A DNA stretch of 58,294 nt from a virus (lineage: Duplodnaviria > Caudoviricetes): positions 1 through 58,294 of the IMG/VR virus record IMGVR_UViG_3300038379_000107; one strand, written 5' to 3'. Positions within the stretch are counted from its first letter, which is position 1. Every line of letters begins with the position of its first letter. Position numbers and translations under genes: made by a program. Positions 39,534 to 49,153 of the stretch are shown in pieces. The notes under the pieces are model-generated. The model was not told the DNA's origin, did no database searches, and saw only the letters and a list, made by a program, of their open reading frames with translations.

Positions 39534-41264
39534 CTATGGTGCCATAGAGCCCGCTGGCGTTTGATTCTTGATCTGCCTCAAGTAAGCCAAGCCCTCTTTG
39601 TTGTTCTTGGGTACAAAGCCGGTCCCCTTGAGTTTGGCAACAATCCACGACTGGCATGGCTCTTTCATGAGTTTGTCAATTACAGCCCCGGCCTGCTTAC
39701 GGCCCAGGCTCATGTAGAACTCGTCCGCGAACCGCCCCCCACTCAAACTCTTGACCAACCGCTTCTGCTTGTCGCTGGCATCACCCAAGTTCTTCTGTGC
39801 CGGCTCCGTGGTACGCACGCCTGACGAATACGACTTGCCACCACCATAGGGATCAACCTCGGTCATCCGGTAGGTAATGTCCGGGGCGATCTCCAAGAGA
39901 GCGGCCCTCAAGCCTTTGTAGAATGGCGACTCAAGGCGCTCTGCTTCTTCGACGATGGCTTCAGGCTCGATAAGTCCATCGGACTCACGACTCCGTACAA
40001 GAAGTTCATGAATTCTCTTGCGGAGCGCAGGCGTTGCGTTTGCGGGTGCAAATAGGTCGATAACGTGAGCGAGTTTAAGCTTGCTGCCAGCCCGCTTTGT
40101 TGGGTCGAAGATAAGGGCGAAAGGCTTGGGGCTTCTAGCAATGACTTCCCGTCGCTCTCTGGCCGTGGCTCGCTCCAGGCCGTCAAGAATTCCGGGCCAG
40201 GTGCGGAAGACCCTGCCGCACCCCTGCGCCAGCAGAAGGCGAGACTTCGTGAAGCGTAGCCAGCCAATCGCGCCAATGATCGGAACATTGGTTCCCTCCG
40301 TAAGGACCCCCATGTTGGCAACGTGCTGTAGTTCGTCATGTACATCGCCAAACTTCCTGAGTATAAGCCGCCTACGATCCTTTGGATAGTCCGACCTGTT
40401 GTTGCCTTCGTCGATCTGGTAACTGGCAACATAGTCTGCTGTCCTGCGCGGGTAGGTCATCGAGTTGATGACTTCCGCTACCTCCTTGGCTTGCGGGACT
40501 CCGGGACAGAAGTAGAGCGTCTTCTTGTCGGAGCCGACTTCCTTGACGATGGGGGCGACGAACTCGTGGATCGCCTTGAAGTCCTGCCAGACTTTCTGGA
40601 CTTGCTCGCTGGTGAAGTCTTTGCCCGACTTCCCTTTGAGCCACCTCCATTGCAGCGATCCAACATGTATGTGCTGAACTCTTGGAGGAACAAGCCAGCC
40701 TTGCTCAACGAATTCAGGAAGTCTGCCGTCATACCAACACTCATCGTACATCGACCCAACAAGACCCTGGCCATCAGTACGATCCGGCGTTGCAGTCAAG
40801 CCAACCCACTTGCACCCAAAGTATTCCTGCACTTTGCAATACTGACTACTTTCAGTGACACGATGGGTCTCGTCATTGACCAGAAGAGCGATTGCTTTGT
40901 CAGGAGCTTTCATTAAACGCTTTCCCTGTAAGGACTGAACAGTAAGGCTGACCACGCCTCCTCTGGCGATCCTGTCCCACTCCCAATCGGCCGTCCTGAA
41001 GTCACTCCCTTGTTCACGATAGCACGTCCTTCCCGTTAGAGCCTCGTACTCATTGGCGTTCTGCTTCATGAGTTCGACGCGATGACTAATAATCCCCACT
41101 CCTCCGCTGCGATTGGCCAGCCACCATTCCGCAATCCCGGCCATGACTAAACTCTTGCCCGCTCCGGTCGGTAGCACGATCAACCCGCCCCGTGCCACTT
41201 TGTCGTGGCGTTCGATGAAGCGGGCTATCGCTTCTTCCTGGTATGGACGGTAGGTGATGGACAT
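39534..41264 (-). CDS. SF2 DEAD/H-box helicase
   Basis: LPTGAGKS, DETH, TAT, LTEG.N.P and Q..GR.FR. Confidence 0.92.
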   Translation of the reverse strand: MSITYRPYQEEAIARFIERHDKVARGGLIVLPTGAGKSLVMAGIAEWWLANRSGGVGIISHRVELMKQNANEYEALTGRTCYREQGSDFRTADWEWDRIARGGVVSLTVQSLQGKRLMKAPDKAIALLVNDETHRVTESSQYCKVQEYFGCKWVGLTATPDRTDGQGLVGSMYDECWYDGRLPEFVEQGWLVPPRVQHIHVGSLQWRWLKGKSGKDFTSEQVQKVWQDFKAIHEFVAPIVKEVGSDKKTLYFCPGVPQAKEVAEVINSMTYPRRTADYVASYQIDEGNNRSDYPKDRRRLILRKFGDVHDELQHVANMGVLTEGTNVPIIGAIGWLRFTKSRLLLAQGCGRVFRTWPGILDGLERATARERREVIARSPKPFALIFDPTKRAGSKLKLAHVIDLFAPANATPALRKRIHELLVRSRESDGLIEPEAIVEEAERLESPFYKGLRAALLEIAPDITYRMTEVDPYGGGKSYSSGVRTTEPAQKNLGDASDKQKRLVKSLSGGRFADEFYMSLGRKQAGAVIDKLMKEPCQSWIVAKLKGTGFVPKNNKEGLAYLRQIKNQTPAGSMAP

Positions 41265-41273
41265 GATTGGTTA

Positions 41274-42281
41274 TCAGAATGGAATCGGCTTAATCCACTC
41301 AGCACTGGGCCAGGGCTCATCACGCATGAGATACCCGTGACCCTGACAGCAGTAACAGTCGTAGCAGTCTTCCTTGCCTCTGGCCCGCCAACGGCGAATA
41401 CTGATCTCGGAATGGCTGATCTTCTCGCCACGACAATGCGGGCAAACGGCAGCAGGCTGTTTGTTTTCCAGGTCGGAAGCCAAGTCGCGTAGCGTCTTGT
41501 AATACTCAGGTGAGATGGCGTGACCGGAAGGATGGTCAATGACGCGCTTAAGTTCGGGCAGGATAGTATCAAGGTGGTTCTTGAGAACGGCGAAGTGGGC
41601 CAGCCCTCCCCAAATGTCGATCAGTGAATCGGGAACAAGAACTCCCTTGATGTCCTGATAGGCTTCGTCTTCCGGTTCGGGCAGTTCATCTTCCTTGGCA
41701 ATGTCGCCACCGATTACCTCACCCAGCTTCTCCTCGATCTTTCGCTTGGCTGCCGCATCAGCAAGGCTGATCTCGGCGTTGAGAACCTTGTTAATGTCAT
41801 CGGCGCTTCCCCTGGATGCCAGGACGATGCCCCGGCTTGCAGACGCCCTCGACACATTGGCCATCAACATGATGTCTTTGATCAGGCTGCCCGTCTTGGA
41901 ACAGCCACGTAACTTGTCGAGCGTGCAGATCATGACGGCGATGATCGTCTTCTGACCCTGGTTCAAATGCCTGCGCGTGTAGTTCTTGGCCACCACGAAG
42001 TTCCTGGCCTGCTCGTAGTTGCCCAGGAATTCCTTGTACTCAAACGGATAGCCCAGTTCCACACACACCCGCATACGATTGCGACCATCCAGCAGCTTCC
42101 CTTCCCATACCGTGCCAGGATCGTTCCAGATGCCTCCCAGTTCCTTGGCCATCCTGAGCATGGCATCGTAGTCCATCTGATCGGCTTCCGGCAAAGCCGA
42201 GCAGAGTTCATGCAGATGGAACTTGGGAACGTCCACCCGTTGCAGAGGCCCAAAGTCCTTTTCAGTGATCTTTCCTATCAT
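41274..42281 (-). CDS. ParB-like N-domain/HTH protein with C-terminal zinc finger
   Basis: LLDGRNR..C and N..RRHL..GQK; CPHC...CYCC.G.G. Confidence 0.75.
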   Translation of the reverse strand: MIGKITEKDFGPLQRVDVPKFHLHELCSALPEADQMDYDAMLRMAKELGGIWNDPGTVWEGKLLDGRNRMRVCVELGYPFEYKEFLGNYEQARNFVVAKNYTRRHLNQGQKTIIAVMICTLDKLRGCSKTGSLIKDIMLMANVSRASASRGIVLASRGSADDINKVLNAEISLADAAAKRKIEEKLGEVIGGDIAKEDELPEPEDEAYQDIKGVLVPDSLIDIWGGLAHFAVLKNHLDTILPELKRVIDHPSGHAISPEYYKTLRDLASDLENKQPAAVCPHCRGEKISHSEISIRRWRARGKEDCYDCYCCQGHGYLMRDEPWPSAEWIKPIPF

Positions 42282-42284
42282 GGG

Positions 42285-43139
42285 TTAGAACCTGTTCTCG
42301 TTGACATACTGATCGACCTTCTCAGTAATTTCCTTGGCCCTGGCATCGCCAAGGAACTCGACCAGCTTGGGCCAGTTAGCCTGGACGGAAGCAGCTACGT
42401 TGGCTGCATGATTAGTTTCCATTGCCGTCCTGAGCAGATAGGCAGTACACTTGGATATGATTTGCAGCCCAATCTCAGGCGGGCAGCCTTTGCTCTTGAG
42501 ATCGGACTTCATCAAGTTCATGACCCCGATCCAGTCGAACACTTCCATACCCGTGTCTTCGATGTCCTTCTTGTTGCAGACGTTGGCCAGAGCCTCGTCG
42601 TAGTAAGTCTTCCATTGCTCCGGCCAAGCGTTGATGTCGGGAGGGGCGGCAGCCTGCTTGACGGGCGGCTTCTGCTTGCTTGGAACCGTCCCCATGCCGT
42701 CACTGCTTCGAGTATCAGGATCGTACTCATCCCCACGCTTGAGCATGAGAACGCTCTCCCAAGCTCGCCTCGTGGCATAAGTTATAGCCTTCCCTGGACC
42801 CTTGTCACCCTCATCCAGACCATAACTAGGATCACTTATTTCTAGATACTCACCGCTCTCAACGTGGTAGAGTCTGAAGGTGAAAATATAAGCGTCACAA
42901 TTCATCCGAACTGACCCACGCTGACCAGACCGCTCGTAGGGCGTGCAATTAGTTTGAACGACTACATGAGGGACCATATGCAGGCCAAGAGCCACCGCAT
43001 GATCCCTAATAGCCTCCAGCAGGCCATCGTAGGTAGAAATTTTGTAAGGTAAGTTGCCCTTCTTCTCAAGCGCGATGCCTTCAACCTTTTTTGACAACTC
43101 GTTGACGGCTTTGAGGACTGCTGTTTTGCTTTCCGACAT
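42285..43139 (-). CDS. ERF-family ssDNA annealing protein
   Basis: H.ESGE and GLDEGDKGPGKAITYATR. Confidence 0.85.
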   Translation of the reverse strand: MSESKTAVLKAVNELSKKVEGIALEKKGNLPYKISTYDGLLEAIRDHAVALGLHMVPHVVVQTNCTPYERSGQRGSVRMNCDAYIFTFRLYHVESGEYLEISDPSYGLDEGDKGPGKAITYATRRAWESVLMLKRGDEYDPDTRSSDGMGTVPSKQKPPVKQAAAPPDINAWPEQWKTYYDEALANVCNKKDIEDTGMEVFDWIGVMNLMKSDLKSKGCPPEIGLQIISKCTAYLLRTAMETNHAANVAASVQANWPKLVEFLGDARAKEITEKVDQYVNENRF

Positions 43140-43329
43140 ACGAACTCCTTTTGGCGTGAGCTATGACGATGGCTGCCGGGTTCCAGTTCTTGGCGTTGGC
43201 AATTCCCATGTCCTCAGCCATTTGCTTGGAAGCAGCCAGATAGTTAGTGGTAAACAACTTCTCGAAGCCGCAATCCTTGAGGATGCGGACTTCGGTCATC
43301 CAAGTAACAATAGACTGCTTCCGTGGCAT
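43081..43329 (-). CDS. hypothetical protein, probably leaderless
   Basis: ATG lies 7 nt downstream of the TAACAT -10 box. Confidence 0.5.
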   Translation of the reverse strand: MPRKQSIVTWMTEVRILKDCGFEKLFTTNYLAASKQMAEDMGIANAKNWNPAAIVIAHAKRSSYVGKQNSSPQSRQRVVKKG

Positions 43330-43333
43330 AGGC

Positions 43334-43365
43334 TAAATGTTACCAAATGTTTTACCACTGGTCAA
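43334..43365 (-). promoter_or_regulatory. conserved phage promoter, copy 2
   Basis: TTGACCagtgGTAAAACATTTGGTAACATTTA. Confidence 0.85.
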
Positions 43366-43633
43366 TCTCGGATCGAAGAATCCTGACGTTTTGTGGAGCC
43401 TCGAATCCCAGCACCACTTCAGGCACAGCCTGATTCGTCTTGAGCCCCAGAATGTTCTCGCCACGAATAGGGGTCACGGTGATCGTATCCACAATCCCCT
43501 TGAGCATATGAACATGCCCACCCAGGGATTCGATGATTCTGACAAGGTGCTTGTTCTTGGAATAATCGACATGGAGATTGATGGACTCTGGGTATTCCTG
43601 GTCAATCTTTCTTGATAAAAGCAGCATCCACAA
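43352..43633 (-). CDS. hypothetical protein
   Basis: 93-aa ORF; the C-terminal LGFEAPQNVRILRSEI is reminiscent of CsrA-like proteins. Confidence 0.5.
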   Translation of the reverse strand: MWMLLLSRKIDQEYPESINLHVDYSKNKHLVRIIESLGGHVHMLKGIVDTITVTPIRGENILGLKTNQAVPEVVLGFEAPQNVRILRSEIDQW

Positions 43634-43638
43634 CTCCG

Positions 43639-45738
43639 TTAGGGAATAATCACCCTTGGCTTAACCTGCAACTCACCCACCCCGCCCACCCCGTAGGTCA
43701 CTCCTGCGGGACGTTTGGTGATGTCTGCTCCATTATCCCAGTTGGGCTGATAGTAATAGCCCCATTGTTTCCATTGATCAAGAGTGGGAGTTCGTATTCC
43801 GATGCGTTCGGCGAAGAGTCCTCCAGAACCACGATCCGACCGGACGATTCCTCTCCCGTAGGACTGACTGAATACGACACTTTCAAGATCGGGCTTGTTG
43901 AACTGACTTGCAAGATTGTCACACCTCACCTCCATCTGATCCACCCCACCGCATGGCAGCGAGAGTAGATTGAAATCCGTGTTGCCGACATGGTTTACTT
44001 TGTTGCCTTTGATCGAGAGGACGCCCTGGCAGTACGTCCGGCCTTCTGCGAGGGTTGCGATGTCTTCGTCGATCCAGAGAGATTCGACGTGAAGATGGGA
44101 CCGGAAAGCGTTAGTGATAAAACTTCTTCCGCCTCCGTATTTAAGAGAATTTCTGCAAGTCGTGTTCGATCCGTTGGCAAGATAGAACCCACAAGAATGG
44201 CTCGGTCCTGCCCTCCAGTCCGATCCGATATGACAATCAATAAACTCGAAGTTGACAGATTGGATGCCCGCAATCTTAACTGCCGTCGTCCCCATAAAGT
44301 GACAGTTAATCGCTTTGAGTTCCGAGAGCGAGTGATTCCCGTCTTCCGTTTTCCCTGTGTTCGTGACATTCTGCCATAACCCCCATGAAGGATAGTGTTG
44401 ATTATTGACAATGAACCGGCAATTGTCAAACGTCGGCCCGAACGCCTGACCCCCGCTCCAATCGTGCGCCGCCAATCCTGCCCGGCCCCCTTCGTGTGTG
44501 ATGTGCAAGCCAGAGACGCGCGAGAACTGAGACTCGACTATCAGGGCTTCCCAGTAAATCGAAGGGCTGACGATCCCATCAGGGCAAGAGCGGGTTGTGG
44601 TGAGAGCAATTGAGCCGTCATACTCAACCTTGATCGTGCGGTTGTGCTTCTGGGCTATTCCCAGGCCGGGACCCTCCAATGTCGTAAAAAAAAAACCCAG
44701 GCTTTTCACCCAGGGCGAGGGGAGCCAGTTTCCGAAGTATTCCAGGTGCAGTGGGCAGCGGATAGGACTCAAAGTCCCCCTTACGACCACAGTTGGCGCT
44801 GCAGTGGACCATAATGCCAATTGGAGTTCGTTCGCGTATGACTGGGGAGCGGCAACAGGGACAGGTGTCAATCCAGTCCGATGAAAGTTGAGAATCTGAA
44901 ACCGATCCATCGTCGCTGGCCATAAAAACTCCTCAGTAGGGCGGTTGACATTGTACGGCCCCCAGGAACTCCAGGGGACCGGCTGGCGATGCCATTGGGT
45001 TTCGCCGATCTTTCGCATGTAGAAATAGTAACCTAGGACACCGGGGTAGTACCGATCTGCACGCCTGACCTTTATGCGGTTGTGGTGTGTACGCGGTCGA
45101 TTGGAATCCAGGGGGCAAACCACGGCGGGTGAAAGTATTGTTTCCCCGTTACAACAAACGTTGCTGTAGGCCAGCTCAACGCCGTCATTGGGAAGTGAAT
45201 ACACTCGGACATCGGGCGCACGGCTAGGCTTGTTTTCGGTTGAGGTTGTCCAATAGGCGGTTGGGGTTCCATTGAACTTCTCCTTGTTCGTGGCAACTCC
45301 TCGATGGAACATGCTGAACAGCCAGTCATCTCCGTCAGCGAAGGTGCTGCCCGGCTTGACTACCCAGGAGACAGAGGCTTCTGTTGCGGCTGGAGTCCAC
45401 GCTGCTGTCCCGGCTCTCCGCTCAAAGACTTGCACTCCGGTTGCTGGATTAAGCCGATCAGTTCCCGCAAAGTTAATCCCATACTCGAAGTTGTCGCATT
45501 GAGGGCCGATAAGAGCACTCGGAGAGAGTAAAGAAATACGGCCCAACTTGTCGTAGTGCGCATAAGTGACTTCCCAGTCTCCCGATGGCCTTGGTGCATC
45601 TTGTGAAGCGAACTGCCGGCCATCGAAAACCATCGCTTTCTGCGGAGCTTCGACTTTGAACCAACGTGATTTGAATTGCGGATCGTCCGTGTAGACGGTT
45701 TGGCCTGACAGCAACAGCACAGCTAAGACTTTGAGCAT
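43639..45738 (-). CDS. secreted-type protein with pectin-lyase-like beta-helix C-domain
   Basis: hydrophobic N-terminus; FDNCRF, INCHF and FIDCHI rungs; T10 run in the coding strand. Confidence 0.6.
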   Translation of the reverse strand: MLKVLAVLLLSGQTVYTDDPQFKSRWFKVEAPQKAMVFDGRQFASQDAPRPSGDWEVTYAHYDKLGRISLLSPSALIGPQCDNFEYGINFAGTDRLNPATGVQVFERRAGTAAWTPAATEASVSWVVKPGSTFADGDDWLFSMFHRGVATNKEKFNGTPTAYWTTSTENKPSRAPDVRVYSLPNDGVELAYSNVCCNGETILSPAVVCPLDSNRPRTHHNRIKVRRADRYYPGVLGYYFYMRKIGETQWHRQPVPWSSWGPYNVNRPTEEFLWPATMDRFQILNFHRTGLTPVPVAAPQSYANELQLALWSTAAPTVVVRGTLSPIRCPLHLEYFGNWLPSPWVKSLGFFFTTLEGPGLGIAQKHNRTIKVEYDGSIALTTTRSCPDGIVSPSIYWEALIVESQFSRVSGLHITHEGGRAGLAAHDWSGGQAFGPTFDNCRFIVNNQHYPSWGLWQNVTNTGKTEDGNHSLSELKAINCHFMGTTAVKIAGIQSVNFEFIDCHIGSDWRAGPSHSCGFYLANGSNTTCRNSLKYGGGRSFITNAFRSHLHVESLWIDEDIATLAEGRTYCQGVLSIKGNKVNHVGNTDFNLLSLPCGGVDQMEVRCDNLASQFNKPDLESVVFSQSYGRGIVRSDRGSGGLFAERIGIRTPTLDQWKQWGYYYQPNWDNGADITKRPAGVTYGVGGVGELQVKPRVIIP

Positions 45739-45917
45739 TGCACCTTCCCCATCAACTCCACCAGCATCTCGAAATACTGGTTGCAGAGCATGTTCACGAG
45801 CGAAACGTGATTGACCAATTCCGTTTCCTCCATATTTCCATCCAGGAACTTGCGGTACTGTTCCCGGCGAATCTGATCGGCGGCTTTGAAATCGCGGAGA
45901 CTGTCAGGGTCCATCAC
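45723..45917 (-). CDS. hypothetical protein
   Basis: GAGGGGAG RBS, GTG start. Confidence 0.5.
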   Translation of the reverse strand: MMDPDSLRDFKAADQIRREQYRKFLDGNMEETELVNHVSLVNMLCNQYFEMLVELMGKVQCSKS

Positions 45918-46087
45918 TCCCCCTCAAAATGAATCACAATCGACGCAATCAGCACCAGGGCAATCAAGGATGCCACGATGATTTTTCCAGTGACTTCCCA
46001 ATGAAAAGGAGTCATACGGGACACCGAACCGCCCCGCCTGTTTCGCAACTGTCGAGGGGGTTGGGCGAGATGGATCAACTCCTTTCT

Positions 46088-46609
46088 CTAGCGGACAAAA
46101 ATCGACATAAACCGCCTACCGTCCTGCCCCATGACCCAAGCCGCGCCAGCGTAAGCGTAGTTGTCATAAGTGCAACAACTGCCCCAACCCCATTCAGGTT
46201 CCCATGCAGCACAACCAGCGGCAGCAGCCGAGCCGCCTTCAGGGACATAGCCTAGATCGCCTTCCGGCAAATGCCCTGCTATCAATCGTTCCGCTCTTTT
46301 GCGTGCGACGATCTGGGCGGCTCTGGTCAACAGCCCATCGCGCTTGAACGGTGGCAATCCACGGGCAGCACGCTTGGCGTTGACCTCATCCAGCGCATCA
46401 TCCGAGCCAATAGGGTTAGCCTGCTTGGGCGTGGCAGGCTGGACCTCTTGCGGCTTGGGTAACGGCTGACTTCGGGGGATGACTTGACTTGGAACCACTT
46501 GCCACTGAACCGGCTGGCAATTGTAGCACGCCCGACGCGAACGCCGTTGGGCATATGCCGTGTCCGTGAGTGTCAGGAAAGCTAGGAGCAGGATCGCTAA
46601 ACGCATCAT
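46088..46609 (-). CDS. secreted CAP (SCP/PR-1) domain protein
   Basis: signal peptide; LDEVNAKRAARGLPPF..D.LLT.AA...H; GAAW....G. Confidence 0.8.
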   Translation of the reverse strand: MMRLAILLLAFLTLTDTAYAQRRSRRACYNCQPVQWQVVPSQVIPRSQPLPKPQEVQPATPKQANPIGSDDALDEVNAKRAARGLPPFKRDGLLTRAAQIVARKRAERLIAGHLPEGDLGYVPEGGSAAAAGCAAWEPEWGWGSCCTYDNYAYAGAAWVMGQDGRRFMSIFVR

Positions 46610-46830
46610 TGGCCTCCGATAGAAATGGAAGAATCAAGACGAATAAACTGAAGGTGCATGCCGATAGCGTTGGCTATCGCTTGCGCCTTTGCGCGATGAA
46701 GTTCGCAGATTCCAGCTTCATCATGTCCAGGCCAAGTATAACGATAGACCGCATCGTGTACGCAATCTTTCTGGTTGCACTTCAGCTTTGTGTCAGGAGT
46801 GGCACACATTTCCATCGTAAATATCTCCAA
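46606..46830 (-). CDS. small Cys/His protein
   Basis: C.Q..C...YTWPG...C..H; ATGA coupling. Confidence 0.55.
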   Translation of the reverse strand: MEIFTMEMCATPDTKLKCNQKDCVHDAVYRYTWPGHDEAGICELHRAKAQAIANAIGMHLQFIRLDSSISIGGQ

Positions 46831-46863
46831 GAGAATGCCCCCAACTGAGGGCAGCTAATCACA

Positions 46864-47178
46864 TCATCCACCACCACGGCGGAAGACGGAACGCCTGAAC
46901 ACAGGCTGATATTGTTGTATCGTCGTCGTGCCCGCTGGCATCTGGACAAACTGGTGTGAGTGCATGCCGGGAGCAAGGGCCGGAACCGGAATGGATGCCG
47001 CAATAGCACCCGTTTGCCCAGGTGAAGATTGCGGTTCCGGTTCCGGCTTTTCCTGCGGCTTGACCTTCTCGCTTTCGACCACCCAGGCCCAGGCTGCTTG
47101 GGCTTTGGCAGTGGCCTTGTCGTTGGCATCGACTGGGAGAGCCAGGAACACGGACAGGAGTGCAAGAAAGGTTTTCAT
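46864..47178 (-). CDS. secreted-type protein
   Basis: GGAGG RBS; MKTFLALLSVFLALP signal peptide; Pro/Glu linker. Confidence 0.6.
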   Translation of the reverse strand: MKTFLALLSVFLALPVDANDKATAKAQAAWAWVVESEKVKPQEKPEPEPQSSPGQTGAIAASIPVPALAPGMHSHQFVQMPAGTTTIQQYQPVFRRSVFRRGGG

Positions 47179-47466
47179 GACCCCTCCCAAGAATGCAAGG
47201 CGTTTTCTTGCCAAGGGGACATTTCATTTTCCCACTTAGCAGAATTGCGGTCGGCTACGCCAAGGGCTTGATTCCCTGGCTCAGAGTAATCATCATCCCA
47301 GCAATGTTCGCAGCAATGAAAAGATTCCTTCTCACGCACAACCAGGCTTACTGCTCTGATTAAACCGCACTTGGAGCAACGTCCTCTCATTGTCGTTTCC
47401 TCCCGAATCGTGCAGAGAACCAAAAGGACTGTCAGGATCAACAGTTCCTTTTGGGGTTTGGTCATG

Positions 47467-47973
47467 TCATTTGCCGAGCCACTTCAGGATGAGGTTGATG
47501 ATGATCGGGCCGAGGATTTGAATAATCATGAGCCAAGGGAATCCCACGGCAACACGAACACGGTCATCATCGGTAAACACTTCGTTGCCGTTTTTATCTT
47601 TGGCGTGCAGCACCTTCATGATGCGCGGGCGAGTCCGCATGTAGCGGGCACGTTCCGGGCTGACTCCCGCCGCCGTGGTAAACGCATCAATGTCAGCCAC
47701 CGAGAACTCGCGGGGCGATTCAACGTAATCATCGCCAGCAGCACCAACGACGATTGGCCCTTGAACGCCGATCTTATCAATCAGGCTGTAAAGGACATCC
47801 TTGAGCGGATTGATGAGCAAGGCCACTGCCGAACTGACCGCAGGGCGAAACGACTCCAACGCTTGATCAGCCGCGCTCTTGAGCCGTGCCTTGTCAACTT
47901 TGGTTAAGTCCGGCTTGAGCAAGTCCAGAATGAAGTCGGTAAACCGATTCTCCATCAAGTCGTGTTCCATCAT
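47467..47973 (-). CDS. protein with C-terminal amphipathic/TM helix
   Basis: ends VGFPWLMIIQILGPIIINLILKWLGK. Confidence 0.65.
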   Translation of the reverse strand: MMEHDLMENRFTDFILDLLKPDLTKVDKARLKSAADQALESFRPAVSSAVALLINPLKDVLYSLIDKIGVQGPIVVGAAGDDYVESPREFSVADIDAFTTAAGVSPERARYMRTRPRIMKVLHAKDKNGNEVFTDDDRVRVAVGFPWLMIIQILGPIIINLILKWLGK

Positions 47974-47980
47974 TTTCTCC

Positions 47981-48328
47981 CTAGTTGGTAGGCGTGGGGA
48001 CGGGAACGAACGGCCCGAAATACTTGGACAGCATTTGGAGCAGGAATTGGATCACCTTCTTTATTCCGTCGCTCATGCCAGTGGTGTCGATGCCGGACGT
48101 ATCCTTGATCGCAGCTTCGCTGGCAGCGTGCATGGGCAGCATGACCACGGGCGGGTCTTCTACGCCAAACATTTTACAGATCATGTTGACCAGCCCGTCA
48201 CGACCTGCGATAAACCAGGACGCTACCTTGTCATCCCATTTGTTGGCCGTGTTGAGCGTGCCGGTCTTGATGCGATCAAGAACCAAGTCTACTGCCTGTT
48301 CCACGTCGGTTCTGCTAAGCCAAGCCAT
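47981..48328 (-). CDS. protein with C-terminal amphipathic helix
   Basis: T.NKWDD motif; IKKVIQFLLQMLSKYFG. Confidence 0.65.
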   Translation of the reverse strand: MAWLSRTDVEQAVDLVLDRIKTGTLNTANKWDDKVASWFIAGRDGLVNMICKMFGVEDPPVVMLPMHAASEAAIKDTSGIDTTGMSDGIKKVIQFLLQMLSKYFGPFVPVPTPTN

Positions 48329-48340
48329 AAAGCCTTTCTC

Positions 48341-49153
48341 CTAGTTAGTTGACGGAGACACAGCGCGAACCGCTATGCCGCCATCAGGAATTGCCTTCTT
48401 GCCCATGAGGGTGAACCGGCCCTTGTCCCCCCAACCATCCGTCCATGAGTTGTCGCCTTCGGGCCATACTTCCCCGTCTTTCTCAACAGGAGTATCCAGT
48501 TCCACAGAATGTCCCCACCAATTGAAGTCGTAAGCGCCGGGGATGCATAGCAGCAAGCAAGTCATCATTTGGTCGTAGGTCATGTTGCGGTCATAGGCTT
48601 GCTTGGTAACGTCGTACCAGCCCTCAGTGATGCGATGGCCGGCAGCATTCTCCCAGGTCGCTGCATTGTCGTGGGATCGACTCATGGACTTCTCAGTCCA
48701 AAATTCCACTGATGGAACACCTCGATCACAGATGAATTGCTGGGATAGACCGCACCAACCACCCTCATCCCTAAACCCTTTGATGATGCAAGCCACGGCA
48801 TGAGCGGAGAGCCTGACGTAAGGCAGATTCATGATGGCCCGTTGATACATCACTGCTCGCGTGACGCTATAGGCCCAGCAATATCCCTGGCCATTCTGGT
48901 CAAGCGTGGGCATCTGCTGGCCGTTGGCTGCGATCTCACGCAAATGGCGAAGCGTAGCCTTTCTCTCCCACAGTTCACGGCATCGAGGAATCCACTCGTT
49001 GCGAGGAATGACCTTGAGTTGGTCCGGGGCTTCACCGAACAATGGGCGCAAGCCTGAATCGGCTGGAACCTGCGATGGGTCATGCCCTCGGCCAAAGGCT
49101 TTTGGGTAGATGATGTCATTGTTCGTGCTGTCGTCGATAATAAAATCGCTCAT
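48341..49153 (-). CDS. papain-like (C1) cysteine peptidase
   Basis: DQNGQGYCWAY (Gln/Cys), WGHSV (His), NSW..GWG..G.F (Asn). Confidence 0.88.
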   Translation of the reverse strand: MSDFIIDDSTNNDIIYPKAFGRGHDPSQVPADSGLRPLFGEAPDQLKVIPRNEWIPRCRELWERKATLRHLREIAANGQQMPTLDQNGQGYCWAYSVTRAVMYQRAIMNLPYVRLSAHAVACIIKGFRDEGGWCGLSQQFICDRGVPSVEFWTEKSMSRSHDNAATWENAAGHRITEGWYDVTKQAYDRNMTYDQMMTCLLLCIPGAYDFNWWGHSVELDTPVEKDGEVWPEGDNSWTDGWGDKGRFTLMGKKAIPDGGIAVRAVSPSTN

